Shown: positions 52,537 through 62,489 of the stretch, piece by piece
Layout of the letters: each line of letters starts with the position of its first letter
How positions within the stretch are numbered: the first letter of the stretch is position 1
Assembly (NCBI GenBank): GCA_963575745.1
Contig: CAUYUJ010000114.1
Span: 868,001-932,000 of the forward strand
DNA: 64,000 nt
Direction of reading: 5' to 3'
Origin: Prorocentrum cordatum
Lineage: Eukaryota
Program-made: the position numbers and the translations under genes
Notes under the pieces: model-generated
Database searches by the model: none
What the model was told of the DNA's origin: nothing
Seen by the model: the letters and a program-made list of their open reading frames with translations, nothing else

Positions 52537-53944
52537 CCGATTCGTTTCTTGTTTTCCAGCGACCAGAAAAGGCCCAATGCTTGCGAGACGCAGCTGCTGC
52601 ATCCTGGCGCGGCCGATCCGATTCGATTCTAGTTCCGCGCCGTGCAGCCCAATCCGGCGCCCGCTCCAGTCCGATCCGATGTCCCGCTTCGATGCTGACT
52701 GATCCCTTGGCGAAGCTTTCAAGCCAACCCTGCCGATGCCCCGATCTCGGCTCCCGCGATGGCTCGGGATGGCAAGCTTTCCTGACACTGTCGCCTCCCG
52801 GGGGCCTCCGCCAGGCTCCAGGGCCGTTGGAAGGCGACGCGGGATCCAGAGCCTCGGAGGCGGCGGTACCTCGGCGGAGGGCGGCGGGCGAGCGGCGGAA
52901 ACACCGGCGGCAGTAAACGTTGCCCTCCCACGGGAAAGCCATTTTTTGGTTCCGGATCCCGGGTTGTGAGACACCGCCGTGTAGAGGCCGAGCGCCTCGA
53001 CGGCCAGCTCGGGCGCCCACCCACGACCCCCCGTCGGCCGGCGACGGCCGGCGGCGCATCGCCCGCGCACGCGCGGCACGCGATCTATAGGACAGGCTCG
53101 TTCGGTAGCAACCCGTATAGGATCCTTTTGTGTCCCTGGAGATCCGCCAGAGTGCACGCGCGCGCGCCAGCGTCAGTGCTGATCCGGCGTTGATGCAGCG
53201 TCGACTGGCGTCGTCCGGCGTCGAATCACGAGAGCCAGCAACATGACATGGGATGTTCCTGCGAGTTGCCACCAAACGATGTACGGGACAGGCTCGCAAG
53301 GCCCGGCCGAGCGCCTGGGCAACCGAGAAGAGCGCGCGCGCTGGGCGGGGGCGCACTCGCAGCGCGCGGCGCGGGCTCACCGGCCATGGCCAGGGCCGCC
53401 CGTATCGGGGCCCCGGAAGCCAGGGAGGTTGCATGTCATCGGGCGTATCGTGTTGTCTGTCGCGCGCGGCGAATACATCCGTATCCGCGCCCGGCGTATC
53501 GTGTTGTCTGTCGCGCGCGGCGAATACATCCGTATCCGCGCCCTTGCTGCCTGGATTCCAGGGCGCGATCTCGCGGATACGCGGTCGCACGGATGCATTC
53601 CGCGCGGGGCATCCGCGACAACGAAACCCTTCTCCGCAGGGGACGCGGCCAAGAGGCCCGGCCCGCGAGGCCGCGGATACGGATGTGTTGTTCGCCCACG
53701 AGTCGAGGTGTTGTGAGTCCGTTGCTTCCAATTGAGCAATTGGTGCAATTCTGCGAATTGGGCAACTGGTGCGACTCGGGCAATTCGGTCAAATGGGCAA
53801 TTGGTGCGTTCTCCTGGGCTGTATCGAGCAATTGGTGCCTCCAGGGTCCAGAAACTTGCGGTGCCGGACCTTGCAGTGAGGTCGCTGGGGATGCCGAGGT
53901 CGCTACTCGGTCCGTCACCACACGGTTGATGCTTTCCCGAGGTG

Positions 53945-54141
53945 TCGGAGGCGTCCAAGAGGGGGTGATGATTCGAGGTGGAGGTGGATGTCATGGCCCG
54001 GGCCATGATACCTCCGTGGATTTCATGGCCCTGCTTCTGATTTGAATACGCATGTCCCTCGACGCCTCCTGGGCCGCGCACATGCCTCGGGACATGATTT
54101 GGGATCCCCCTTTTGGACGCCCCCCTCTCAGACGCCCCCGA
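53945..54141. mobile_element. MITE family C
   Basis: Similar to 7187-7384, with flanks AGGTG / AAGTG. Confidence 0.6.
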
Positions 54142-54548
54142 AAGTGGGGGGTGAAGGCCTGCTTGAAAAGGGGCCCTGAGGAAGCCCTGAGGGGGCACGA
54201 AAGGCGCACCTTTCTTCGCCCCCGCGGTTTGTTCCCCCTCCTTAAGCAACGCCGATGCTTCACCGATGCGGCTCGATGTGGAGCATGAGTTTCTCCACGC
54301 CGACATCGCCGATGCCTCGGCGATGCGACGCCATCCTTCGACCCCATCTACTGGGACCCAATCTTGCAAGCGTTCAGGAAGCTGGCGGCAGTAAAGCGCC
54401 GGCTGTGCTGGCGGAAGCTCCAGGAAAGGCGGCGGAATGAAAAGGGAGACGTCAACATGCTTGTATCAAGGGCCCCTGGAATCGGCCGCATACCGTAGGA
54501 TTTGTTGGGACAAGTAAACGCTGGCCGTACGGTCGAGTTTGACTAGTT

Positions 54549-54706
54549 TTAAGTCGGGCATGTCCCTCTACACGAGGAATATTCAAAAATAGTCCAAAAT
54601 TAATATGGGGACGATTTTCGGCTATCATTTATTTTTTTCGAGCATCGACTGACTATGTTTCAGCTTTCGTCCAGAATCCGCCTGCAGGAGGACGTGCCCG
54701 ACCTAA
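54549..54706. mobile_element. MITE family A variant
   Basis: TTAAGTCGGGCATGTCCCTCTACA ... CCTGCAGGAGGACGTGCCCGACCTAA. No TSD is recognisable. Confidence 0.75.
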
Positions 54707-55060
54707 GTCATGCAGGCCGACCCTTCCACATCAGAGATGCTCTTGTGTCCTGTGCTTTGCGCCCCATGGCCTCTGCACACCCTGTGCGGTGTGGCCCTCG
54801 GATGGGGCTCGTGCCCTCACGCATGGCCTCTCCGCTCAAAAGCTTGGTATCGCTCGAACGTGTGCATTTTTTCTCGGCGAGGACCATCAAGGACCATCCT
54901 GGACCGTCGAGCAACAGAAACACGCACGAAACCAACAAATGCACAGGAAGTTGACGTCCGAGCGACGGCAAGAAAGCGACTGCTCAGTGGAGACCCACGC
55001 CATGAAACATCCTGCTTGCCTCCAGGGTGCCCTGGGTTTCTTGGGATTCGATGGTTCTGC

Positions 55061-55887
55061 TGTGGAGAGCGTGACGCTCCCACACCCAAAATCAGGGGAC
55101 GTCTTGGGGTATCAGGGTTGGGTTTCTAGTGGAAGGTCTCGTGTGGTCGAGCTCCTACTGTCACACACGTCTTCCAGATCATCGGTCCGAGAGGACCGTG
55201 CTGGCTCGTCGTGCAATGCTCCGGCGCCACCCGTCCATTCGGCGGGCCGTCCACCATTCGGGCGGGCCGAGGTCCAGTCTATGCCCTTATCCAGGGGAGC
55301 AGTGATCTGAGGACGAAGCACATGCGGACGAAGACCAGTTCCTCGTCATCATTGTCGTCACTTATGTTCCATCCTTTCTTTCGTTGTCGTCATTGTGATC
55401 GCCGTCATTGTCATCACCGTCATTGCCGTCGTTATTGTCGTCGTCATTGCCATCATCGTCGTCACCTGCGTCATCGGACCAAGATCGTTTCCCAGCTTCA
55501 TCCTTATCTTCCTCCTCCTCCTCCTCAACTTTCGATGGCCACTTCTGCTTCGCCTCAACCTTCGGGCTTTTTGACGCGTGGCCCCCCGGACCTCTAGACC
55601 CCTTTCCTCGGGGCCGGCTTTCCATCCCGAGGCCAGAAGCAGGCGACAGACAGGGTGCCTTGATTTTCTCAAGGTGCAGAATGCCCCCGGGTGTGAATGG
55701 AACCCGTGTAATACCTTCATATTTACTCCTTATCTTTACCTCTCCTGCGCCTGGCCGTTTGGGCTCAGGTATTGAGATAGATCGATCAGACCTTGATCGT
55801 GCGGGAGGGAAAGATATCCATCTATCCCTCCTTCTCTCTACCAGCGGATCAGGGGTTCTGTACCCTTGTACTTCAACCCCATACACA
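55061..55887 (+). repeat. Candidate 5' LTR of young copia element
   Basis: Ends ...ATACACA immediately before the PBS-like GGTTATCAGCCC. The TGTG start at 55061 was inferred only from a 4-bp terminal inversion, and the partner LTR is outside the window. Confidence 0.45.
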
Positions 55888-55899
55888 GGTTATCAGCCC
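55888..55899 (+). promoter_or_regulatory. Primer binding site of half-tRNA type (GGTTATCAGCCC)
   Basis: Follows CA and is 11/12 identical to GGTTATGAGCCC, the complement of the initiator tRNA-Met anticodon arm used by Drosophila copia-like (hemivirus-type) elements. Confidence 0.65.
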
Positions 55900-56343
55900 T
55901 TTAAAGCTCACCCTCACCGACTCGCCCGCGGTGACCTCGCATGCGAGCCTGATGGAGCCACTTCGGCGCATGCGCCGCAAGGGTTCCATCGGCCCTCCGC
56001 GTCCGAGCTCTCCCACGGCCCGACGGCTCGGTGACGAGTTGGAGAGCATTAGTGCGGACTGTGTTGGTGTTCCAGATACCCCCCCCCCAGCTCCGAAGGA
56101 CCCGAGGCGCGACTAGCTGCTGAACTTCGCCGCAGCGCCGCCCGCGGGGGGACAGGAGAAGGAGTAGGAACAGGAAGGAAGGAGTTTCACACGCCGACCT
56201 TCGATCCTCCCTCCCCTTCCCCGTCGGGAGCAATCCCAACCGCGTCAGGCGAAAGCCTTACTGGTCTCGATACTCCAGGGCGCTTTCGCGCTAACCGCCG
56301 ATGGACCTCAGGCGCTGGGACCCCCAGCCCTGCGACCGTCCCT

Positions 56344-58452
56344 GTGGCGGAGCGCGTAGCTACCTTCGAGGAACTCAGTAGACCAGTGTCGGCACAGCCG
56401 CAGACGCGGTACCCCAAGGTATCATCGGATGAGACGCCACGCACACACACACACGGTCCGAGTCGCAGCTCGTCCGCGCGCAACCGCCGTGGAGCCCCAG
56501 GCCCATGCGGCGAAAGCAGGTCGAGCCCGCGCACTGCCTCTCAGAGGCCATGTACTCCCCGCGACAGGGGACACAGGGAAGCTGACGCTCCCCACCTCTC
56601 CATCTCTGACGACCAGTTGGCGGAGACGTCCGCCGCAGGTGACATAGCTGAGCTCAGAGGCCAGGTTGAAACCTTCGTGTCCAGCCAATACTCTGGACTA
56701 CTACAGAGCGTTCAGACGAACGCCACCGATACTGCAGCCATACGCCGCGATCTTGACGGCGCCTTACGGGTCATCGATTCCAGGATCGCCGAAGATCGAC
56801 GCATCATAGGAGAACTGCAGTACCAGGTTGATCGTGAGGTGTCACACTCAGGTGAACGAACGGCGATGGTCGAGAACCTGCGCAATTATCTCGAGCAGAT
56901 GGAGCAACAACTTGTGATCGTACGCGACACAGGCGTTTCCGCGGTCAGGATTTTACATGATGAGATCCACGACCAGCTCCGCAACCGACCAACTCCAACC
57001 GAGGCCACAGACCTTGGCGACGTTCAGTCTCAGATCAATGATCTTCGATCTTATCTAGACCACACTACGGCGACGCTTCGTACCGAAGCACACACCAACT
57101 CGTCGAACCTGATCGACATGTTGCAGCGTACTGAGAGAGTCATCACTCAAAGGCTTGATGCGACCAACGCTGTCGTGCAGCCACTCGCTAACCGGATCTC
57201 TGACATAGAGCAGCGTTTTCCTGGTGTACAGGACGCCCTGGCAGAGTTGCGTGTCGGACGAGCCCAGACTGATCAGCTGGATTCTCCTCCCACGGTTTAC
57301 GATTTCGCCCGCCTCACTGACAGGTTGCAGAAGGTTGAGAAGGCGGCGGACCACACGCAGTTAGAGCTCTCCCAGGTTATTCATGAAAGAGATACTGAGA
57401 AGGTACGTGTAGAGAGTTACCTCGCACGTCTGGAAAGCGAGATGGAGGCACGAAGCGCCCGTCTCCGAGCACGCGAGCATCGACTTGATCGGTATTCACA
57501 ACGGTCTCGGGATACTGATGAGTATACACGCCAAAAGGTGGGTCACATACAAGAAGACATGACGAGCTGGACGAATCAGCTGATCGACCACACTAACGAC
57601 ACCAACATCCACCTTCGACCTGCAGCCGACCCGCGCAGGCCGACGGCAGCGTCCGCCGAAGCACCACAAGCTTCAGCAGGACAACAACGACGTACGTCCC
57701 CAGGAGCAGCCTCCGCGGCAGCTTCTGCACAGACACGTCATGTGTCTCCTGTGCGCACAGAACCAACCACCGACGGTGCACCGATACCCTCACAACCAGT
57801 GTCTGCGGTGTCGGTCCATACAACGACTCCTATCAAGGAGTCAGACACCGTCCGAGTACCTGTCTTGCCTAAGATCACGCAGCTGCTGGAGTGGCAGCAA
57901 AGAGTGCGGAAGAACTTCGGGGCCGCTTCAGGGCGACCATCCACAGCATGCGCCTTCCTATGCGTGGCAGAACAGCCCGAATGTACATTCGAGGATTTAC
58001 AAGACAGTGGAGACTTTGAGAGCATCGATTGCAAACTCGCAACCGCTCTGAGCGACATCTTATCCTCAGACTTACGCTACCAAATCAGGCTCATCGAGAC
58101 CAGAGAGCACAAAGCAGGACGCATGCTCAAAGGACGCCAGATATACTGGCATATCCTACAGTCCTACAAAGTGACAGACGTTGACGACGATCTGCACGAT
58201 TTCGAGCGCCTTAAAGAACTGAGGATGGGAGATGAAGATTTGCAACGTTTCACTACCGATTGGGGCGCCTTACTCTTGGAATGCCGAGACGTACCCGATC
58301 CAAAGATATTGGAATCGCTATTTCGCACACAGATTCGTAGACATGTATGGATGAAACAAGACATGTACGAGTACCAGCGCATGAGGGTGAGCGACCCGAA
58401 TCGTACCTACGGTTGGCTTCGACCGCGTGTCCTGGACATACTGGAGATTTGA
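56344..58452 (+). CDS. Copia Gag N-terminal part (long coiled-coil + capsid-like domain)
   Basis: 702-codon non-repetitive ORF in frame with the downstream zinc-finger/protease ORF across a single TGA. It contains KESDTVRVPVLP..., FESIDCKLATAL, GRMLKGRQIYW and DLQRFTTDW. The start codon is uncertain. Confidence 0.75.
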   Translation: MAERVATFEELSRPVSAQPQTRYPKVSSDETPRTHTHGPSRSSSARNRRGAPGPCGESRSSPRTASQRPCTPRDRGHREADAPHLSISDDQLAETSAAGDIAELRGQVETFVSSQYSGLLQSVQTNATDTAAIRRDLDGALRVIDSRIAEDRRIIGELQYQVDREVSHSGERTAMVENLRNYLEQMEQQLVIVRDTGVSAVRILHDEIHDQLRNRPTPTEATDLGDVQSQINDLRSYLDHTTATLRTEAHTNSSNLIDMLQRTERVITQRLDATNAVVQPLANRISDIEQRFPGVQDALAELRVGRAQTDQLDSPPTVYDFARLTDRLQKVEKAADHTQLELSQVIHERDTEKVRVESYLARLESEMEARSARLRAREHRLDRYSQRSRDTDEYTRQKVGHIQEDMTSWTNQLIDHTNDTNIHLRPAADPRRPTAASAEAPQASAGQQRRTSPGAASAAASAQTRHVSPVRTEPTTDGAPIPSQPVSAVSVHTTTPIKESDTVRVPVLPKITQLLEWQQRVRKNFGAASGRPSTACAFLCVAEQPECTFEDLQDSGDFESIDCKLATALSDILSSDLRYQIRLIETREHKAGRMLKGRQIYWHILQSYKVTDVDDDLHDFERLKELRMGDEDLQRFTTDWGALLLECRDVPDPKILESLFRTQIRRHVWMKQDMYEYQRMRVSDPNRTYGWLRPRVLDILEI

Positions 58453-60447
58453 CAATTGGAGAAGAATCAAAACAAGCTACGGTACGAACATGAGACACGA
58501 TCTCAGGTCAACGTGTGCGCTGCATGGAAGAAAGGCAATTGTCGCAACGGAGAACGGTGCAAGGCTTTACATACATATTCCAAGGACTGGAAGAACAACA
58601 AATCTTCCAGAACATCAACGGCTGGTGGCAAACCCCGCCGTAGTATGTCCACTCCTGCGAATCACAAGAAGCCAGCATCGAAACCATTATGCTTCGATTT
58701 TGCCAAGCGCAACACATGTACCAGAGGTGATAAGTGCAACTTCCCACACGTCGCACAGTGCAAAGATTTCGCGCAGAACAAGTGCACAAAAGGCGACAAA
58801 TGCAAATACGCTCATCTTGCACCTGGTGCAAAGACTCCTGAACGAAGCCCGAGTCGACCACGGACTTCCAGCCAGGACAGCCGCGGCCGATCACCATCCC
58901 GCGGATCAGGAAGCCAACGGTCTTCACAACGCGGGGGGTTTCGCTACGCAAGCGATTCACGACAGGTACGTGACAACCGACGCCAATACGACCGATCCCG
59001 TTCGACATCCAGGAGGTCCCAAGACTCTCGCAGCCAATCGAGAAGTCGTTACGACAGACCTTCGAGATCTACCTCCCGAGGACGAGACAATCGTGGCGGC
59101 GGACGCGGCAGTCCACGCGGCCGTGACAGATCATATGGTAGTGACAAACGTGGCAAACGGTATCCGAGCCGCGGGTCGTCCCGTGGTGCTCCCAACACCA
59201 GAGCACGTTCTCCTGCCAACTTTAGACGTTCACGCCGTTCAGACCGCAGTTGCGTCATCCGCGACAAGACCCTCATGGCCAACACTAAGGCCACAGCGAC
59301 ATCTACCAAGACACGTCGTCGGATACGCTTCGACGTGCGCAGCGTGGACTACTACTTCCATACCATATCTGGCAGAGCCAGACTGGACAGATGGAAGGAG
59401 CTGCCGAACGAGGGTGACATCGTCAAAGTACCAGATCCATTACCACAACGATGGTGGGATGAAAGTGCAGATGCCTTACGAGACTGTCAAAAAGAGGCAC
59501 AACTATGGTACGACGATCTATATGACTACCGACACAACAAAGAGTCGGTGGCCACACCAACTGCGATCCGAAAGTATGACGACACTGTCAAGCAGTCATC
59601 AAAGACTGCCCAGGCGACAACAACGACAAAGCCAGTCGACCCTCCACGTTCGACCGCAGCATTGACAAGGTCTTGGGTTCTCGACAGTGGTTCTGCTCAT
59701 CATATTCAGGGAAAACACGAACTTACGCAGACCGAGTCGGATCGCACATCTATTCGCGAAGAGCATATTCTGGAAATTGCAAATGGTGATCGTACCGTCA
59801 ACGAGCACTACGACATACGGCTACCCGAGATTGGACTGCATAGTTCAGCCCTTGCTTTACCAGACTGCCCATCATTACTATCAGTTGGAAAATTGATTGA
59901 GGTTGATGGCTTTCGACAGCTTTGGGATCCTGAGCTGGGCTACATGCTTCAGGATCCGGGGGGCCAATGGTATAAGATTCCAGTCAACAATCGAGTGCCA
60001 GAGTTACGACTCGACGACTTAACGCGGATACCACCACCACGGTTATGCACTTCGTCAGCACCCCGCCGTCGTCAGCGAAAGCGTTCATCCGCCCGCTGTA
60101 ACGACACTTGTTGGTGCTGCAAAACTACAGAGCAACCAGCCACTGCAGACGAGCTACGGCCCCACATAGGGACCTGCCCCAAGAGACCACATGTCGGAGA
60201 GGGAGGAGGAGCACGGACCATCACGGTCGAAGAACCTCCCGACACAAGCACAGACGAGCCCAACGTGGACACAACCACCGACTCGCCTACGTCTCAGACG
60301 CAGTGTTCTCCTCCACAATGCGGGGGGTTAGATATAGCTCAAGCAGATAACGACATGCCGACAGAGACACATACACGAACGCATCACGACAACGTCGAGT
60401 TCTACCCAACAGACAAAAGAAACCGATCGACCCGATGCATTACATGA
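58453..60447 (+). CDS. Copia Gag C-terminus/protease: 3x CCCH zinc fingers, RS-rich domain, aspartic protease
   Basis: CAAWKKGNCRNGERCKALH, CFDFAKRNTCTRGDKCNFPH and CKDFAQNKCTKGDKCKYAH are followed by RSPSR/RSRS repeats, then SWVLDSGSAHHI and PSLLSVGKL. Confidence 0.88.
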   Translation, partial: QLEKNQNKLRYEHETRSQVNVCAAWKKGNCRNGERCKALHTYSKDWKNNKSSRTSTAGGKPRRSMSTPANHKKPASKPLCFDFAKRNTCTRGDKCNFPHVAQCKDFAQNKCTKGDKCKYAHLAPGAKTPERSPSRPRTSSQDSRGRSPSRGSGSQRSSQRGGFRYASDSRQVRDNRRQYDRSRSTSRRSQDSRSQSRSRYDRPSRSTSRGRDNRGGGRGSPRGRDRSYGSDKRGKRYPSRGSSRGAPNTRARSPANFRRSRRSDRSCVIRDKTLMANTKATATSTKTRRRIRFDVRSVDYYFHTISGRARLDRWKELPNEGDIVKVPDPLPQRWWDESADALRDCQKEAQLWYDDLYDYRHNKESVATPTAIRKYDDTVKQSSKTAQATTTTKPVDPPRSTAALTRSWVLDSGSAHHIQGKHELTQTESDRTSIREEHILEIANGDRTVNEHYDIRLPEIGLHSSALALPDCPSLLSVGKLIEVDGFRQLWDPELGYMLQDPGGQWYKIPVNNRVPELRLDDLTRIPPPRLCTSSAPRRRQRKRSSARCNDTCWCCKTTEQPATADELRPHIGTCPKRPHVGEGGGARTITVEEPPDTSTDEPNVDTTTDSPTSQTQCSPPQCGGLDIAQADNDMPTETHTRTHHDNVEFYPTDKRNRSTRCIT

Positions 60448-62489
60448 CTCACAGCCCAAAACACCCTGACTGTGAGATCTGTTCTCGTACGATGGCACAG
60501 AATGCCCCGTGTAGACGACAGCACAAACCACATCCACCGGCAGACCCCACCGACGAGGATAACGCCTACGAGGCTTTTGTCCCGAAGAAGTTCGGTGAGG
60601 CTCTAACTGCCGACCATATCGTACTGGCCAAAGACGATGCCGCGGACAAACATGGCGACAAATATGCACTTGTTGTCCTTGACAGATATACTGGCATCTT
60701 CATGGCCTACCCAGCGCTACACAAAGACGCAGCTACCACAAAGGCATCCTTTCAACAGTTCATCGCCGCGAACGATGAGGTGAAGCATATCTATACAGAC
60801 AACTCTGGAGAGCTTCAGAAAGCTTGCCGCCAACTGGGATGGAGACACGACACGAGTACGCCACATCGTCCGCAGACAAATGGATTGATTGAGCGCGTTG
60901 TCAAAATTGTCATTCTCGGTGCCAGAGCTGTGCTACATATGTCTGGTCTGGGACACGAATGGTGGAAAGAGGCCATGCAAGCCTTTTGCCGTGGACGCAA
61001 TTTTGCGCATACATCCACGGGCGTGGCTGCCCTCAGCGAGGAACATGCAGAACAGACAGCTCATGAAATGCGATTTGGCGAAAGCTTTCCTGGGCACTGC
61101 ATGCCATTCGGTGCTCGGATCTTTTGGAAATGCCTCAATCCCGAGATTAACAACGAGACTGCAAAGTTTAAAGAAAATACTCGGGAAGGGTTATTCATGG
61201 GATACCACTTACACTCCGGTGGACGATGGTCAGGTGACTACCTTGCCTTGGACACGGCTACATATGCCAAGAACCCTGATGGTGAACTGTGTCATGTACA
61301 CAGAGTCAAAGACATCATCATCCCTGATGGCAAGTTCACCTACCCCGTGAAAGATTGTACTCTACGACATCATAACCCTGAGGCACACGACGAGGTGAAG
61401 GCATCCACTTCTCGCCCCTTGGGTGACAAGCCAATGCCTGACCCTCCATTTTCCTACCCTAAAGAATGGGATGACCCATCTATGATGACAACGGAGGATA
61501 ACGCTGTTGATATCCAGACATCGGCCTCTGAAGTTGCTGCACCAGCGCCGGAGCCAGACTACTGGGAACAGCGCGGATATTGCGTCATCAGACATATCCG
61601 TACTCCAAGAAAGAAACTGTTCATCCCGACGGACGACGTCATGAACATACCTGTCCCTGTTGACCAACTCGACGCGACACGAGATTTCAAAACGACTTCC
61701 ACTTTTGAGGGAGAAAGTAACTTCCGAGACGTTTGGGATGGTGTTAGCGCCAACGACCACAGGGAGTTAAGTGAGCCGTGGACAGGCACGATTCAGTTCT
61801 ATGAGCTTCCAAAAATAACGCCAGACGGTAAAATGGTGGTTCGTGGACGTGAGACACGTATGCAGACTACTACACGTCTTGATCACGTTCTTCCCGAGCA
61901 TTGGATAACACTTTCTCGTGGACAGCAAAAGAAAGAGATCGATTACGCCAATGACGTTAAACGAGCTCGTGAGATTCGTGATCGTGCTGCACTACGAGTG
62001 TGGACAAGACAGGACAAACAGGTCAACAATTTCCGTACTACTACATCAGGCGGACCCACCTGGAATACTGTGGAACGACGGATTACATACGACACTGACA
62101 ATGGCGACGTCGTCCGCGACGAGAACGTCAAAGGCGTGACAAACAAAGAAATACTGTATGCCAAATTACCTGGTGGGCCACGTGACATTACTACGGTACT
62201 ATACTACCGTCAACTACCACAACAGCATGATGGAGAAGAACGTGCTTCGGTGTTTGTGGATAATGAGGGAACCGACTTTGGGACTTTGAACCCGCTTATA
62301 CGCAAGTTCACCCAGTCGGTAGCAATACCAACCATGCCACGTGAGACCAGCTACACGCCGGCACACAGAGATAAAATACCAGATTCGGCATGGTCACGCC
62401 CAGCACTAGTTACCAGAAACCTGAGTAAGAAAGAAGTTGCCGCAGAACCACGTGCACAAGAAGCCCTGCGAAAAGAATACGAGAGATAG
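60435..62489 (+). CDS. Copia integrase (HHCC + DDE core) and linker
   Basis: HYMTHSPKHPDCEIC, LTADHIV, VLDRYTG, IYTDNSGEL, PHRPQTNGLIERVV, GLFMGY. Confidence 0.92.
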   Translation: MHYMTHSPKHPDCEICSRTMAQNAPCRRQHKPHPPADPTDEDNAYEAFVPKKFGEALTADHIVLAKDDAADKHGDKYALVVLDRYTGIFMAYPALHKDAATTKASFQQFIAANDEVKHIYTDNSGELQKACRQLGWRHDTSTPHRPQTNGLIERVVKIVILGARAVLHMSGLGHEWWKEAMQAFCRGRNFAHTSTGVAALSEEHAEQTAHEMRFGESFPGHCMPFGARIFWKCLNPEINNETAKFKENTREGLFMGYHLHSGGRWSGDYLALDTATYAKNPDGELCHVHRVKDIIIPDGKFTYPVKDCTLRHHNPEAHDEVKASTSRPLGDKPMPDPPFSYPKEWDDPSMMTTEDNAVDIQTSASEVAAPAPEPDYWEQRGYCVIRHIRTPRKKLFIPTDDVMNIPVPVDQLDATRDFKTTSTFEGESNFRDVWDGVSANDHRELSEPWTGTIQFYELPKITPDGKMVVRGRETRMQTTTRLDHVLPEHWITLSRGQQKKEIDYANDVKRAREIRDRAALRVWTRQDKQVNNFRTTTSGGPTWNTVERRITYDTDNGDVVRDENVKGVTNKEILYAKLPGGPRDITTVLYYRQLPQQHDGEERASVFVDNEGTDFGTLNPLIRKFTQSVAIPTMPRETSYTPAHRDKIPDSAWSRPALVTRNLSKKEVAAEPRAQEALRKEYER

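Noticed and set aside
60405..60440. Programmed -1 frameshift between protease and integrase
   Set aside because: There is no canonical X XXY YYZ slippery heptamer, and a 1-nt loss in an A-run (mutation or sequencing error) explains it more simply.
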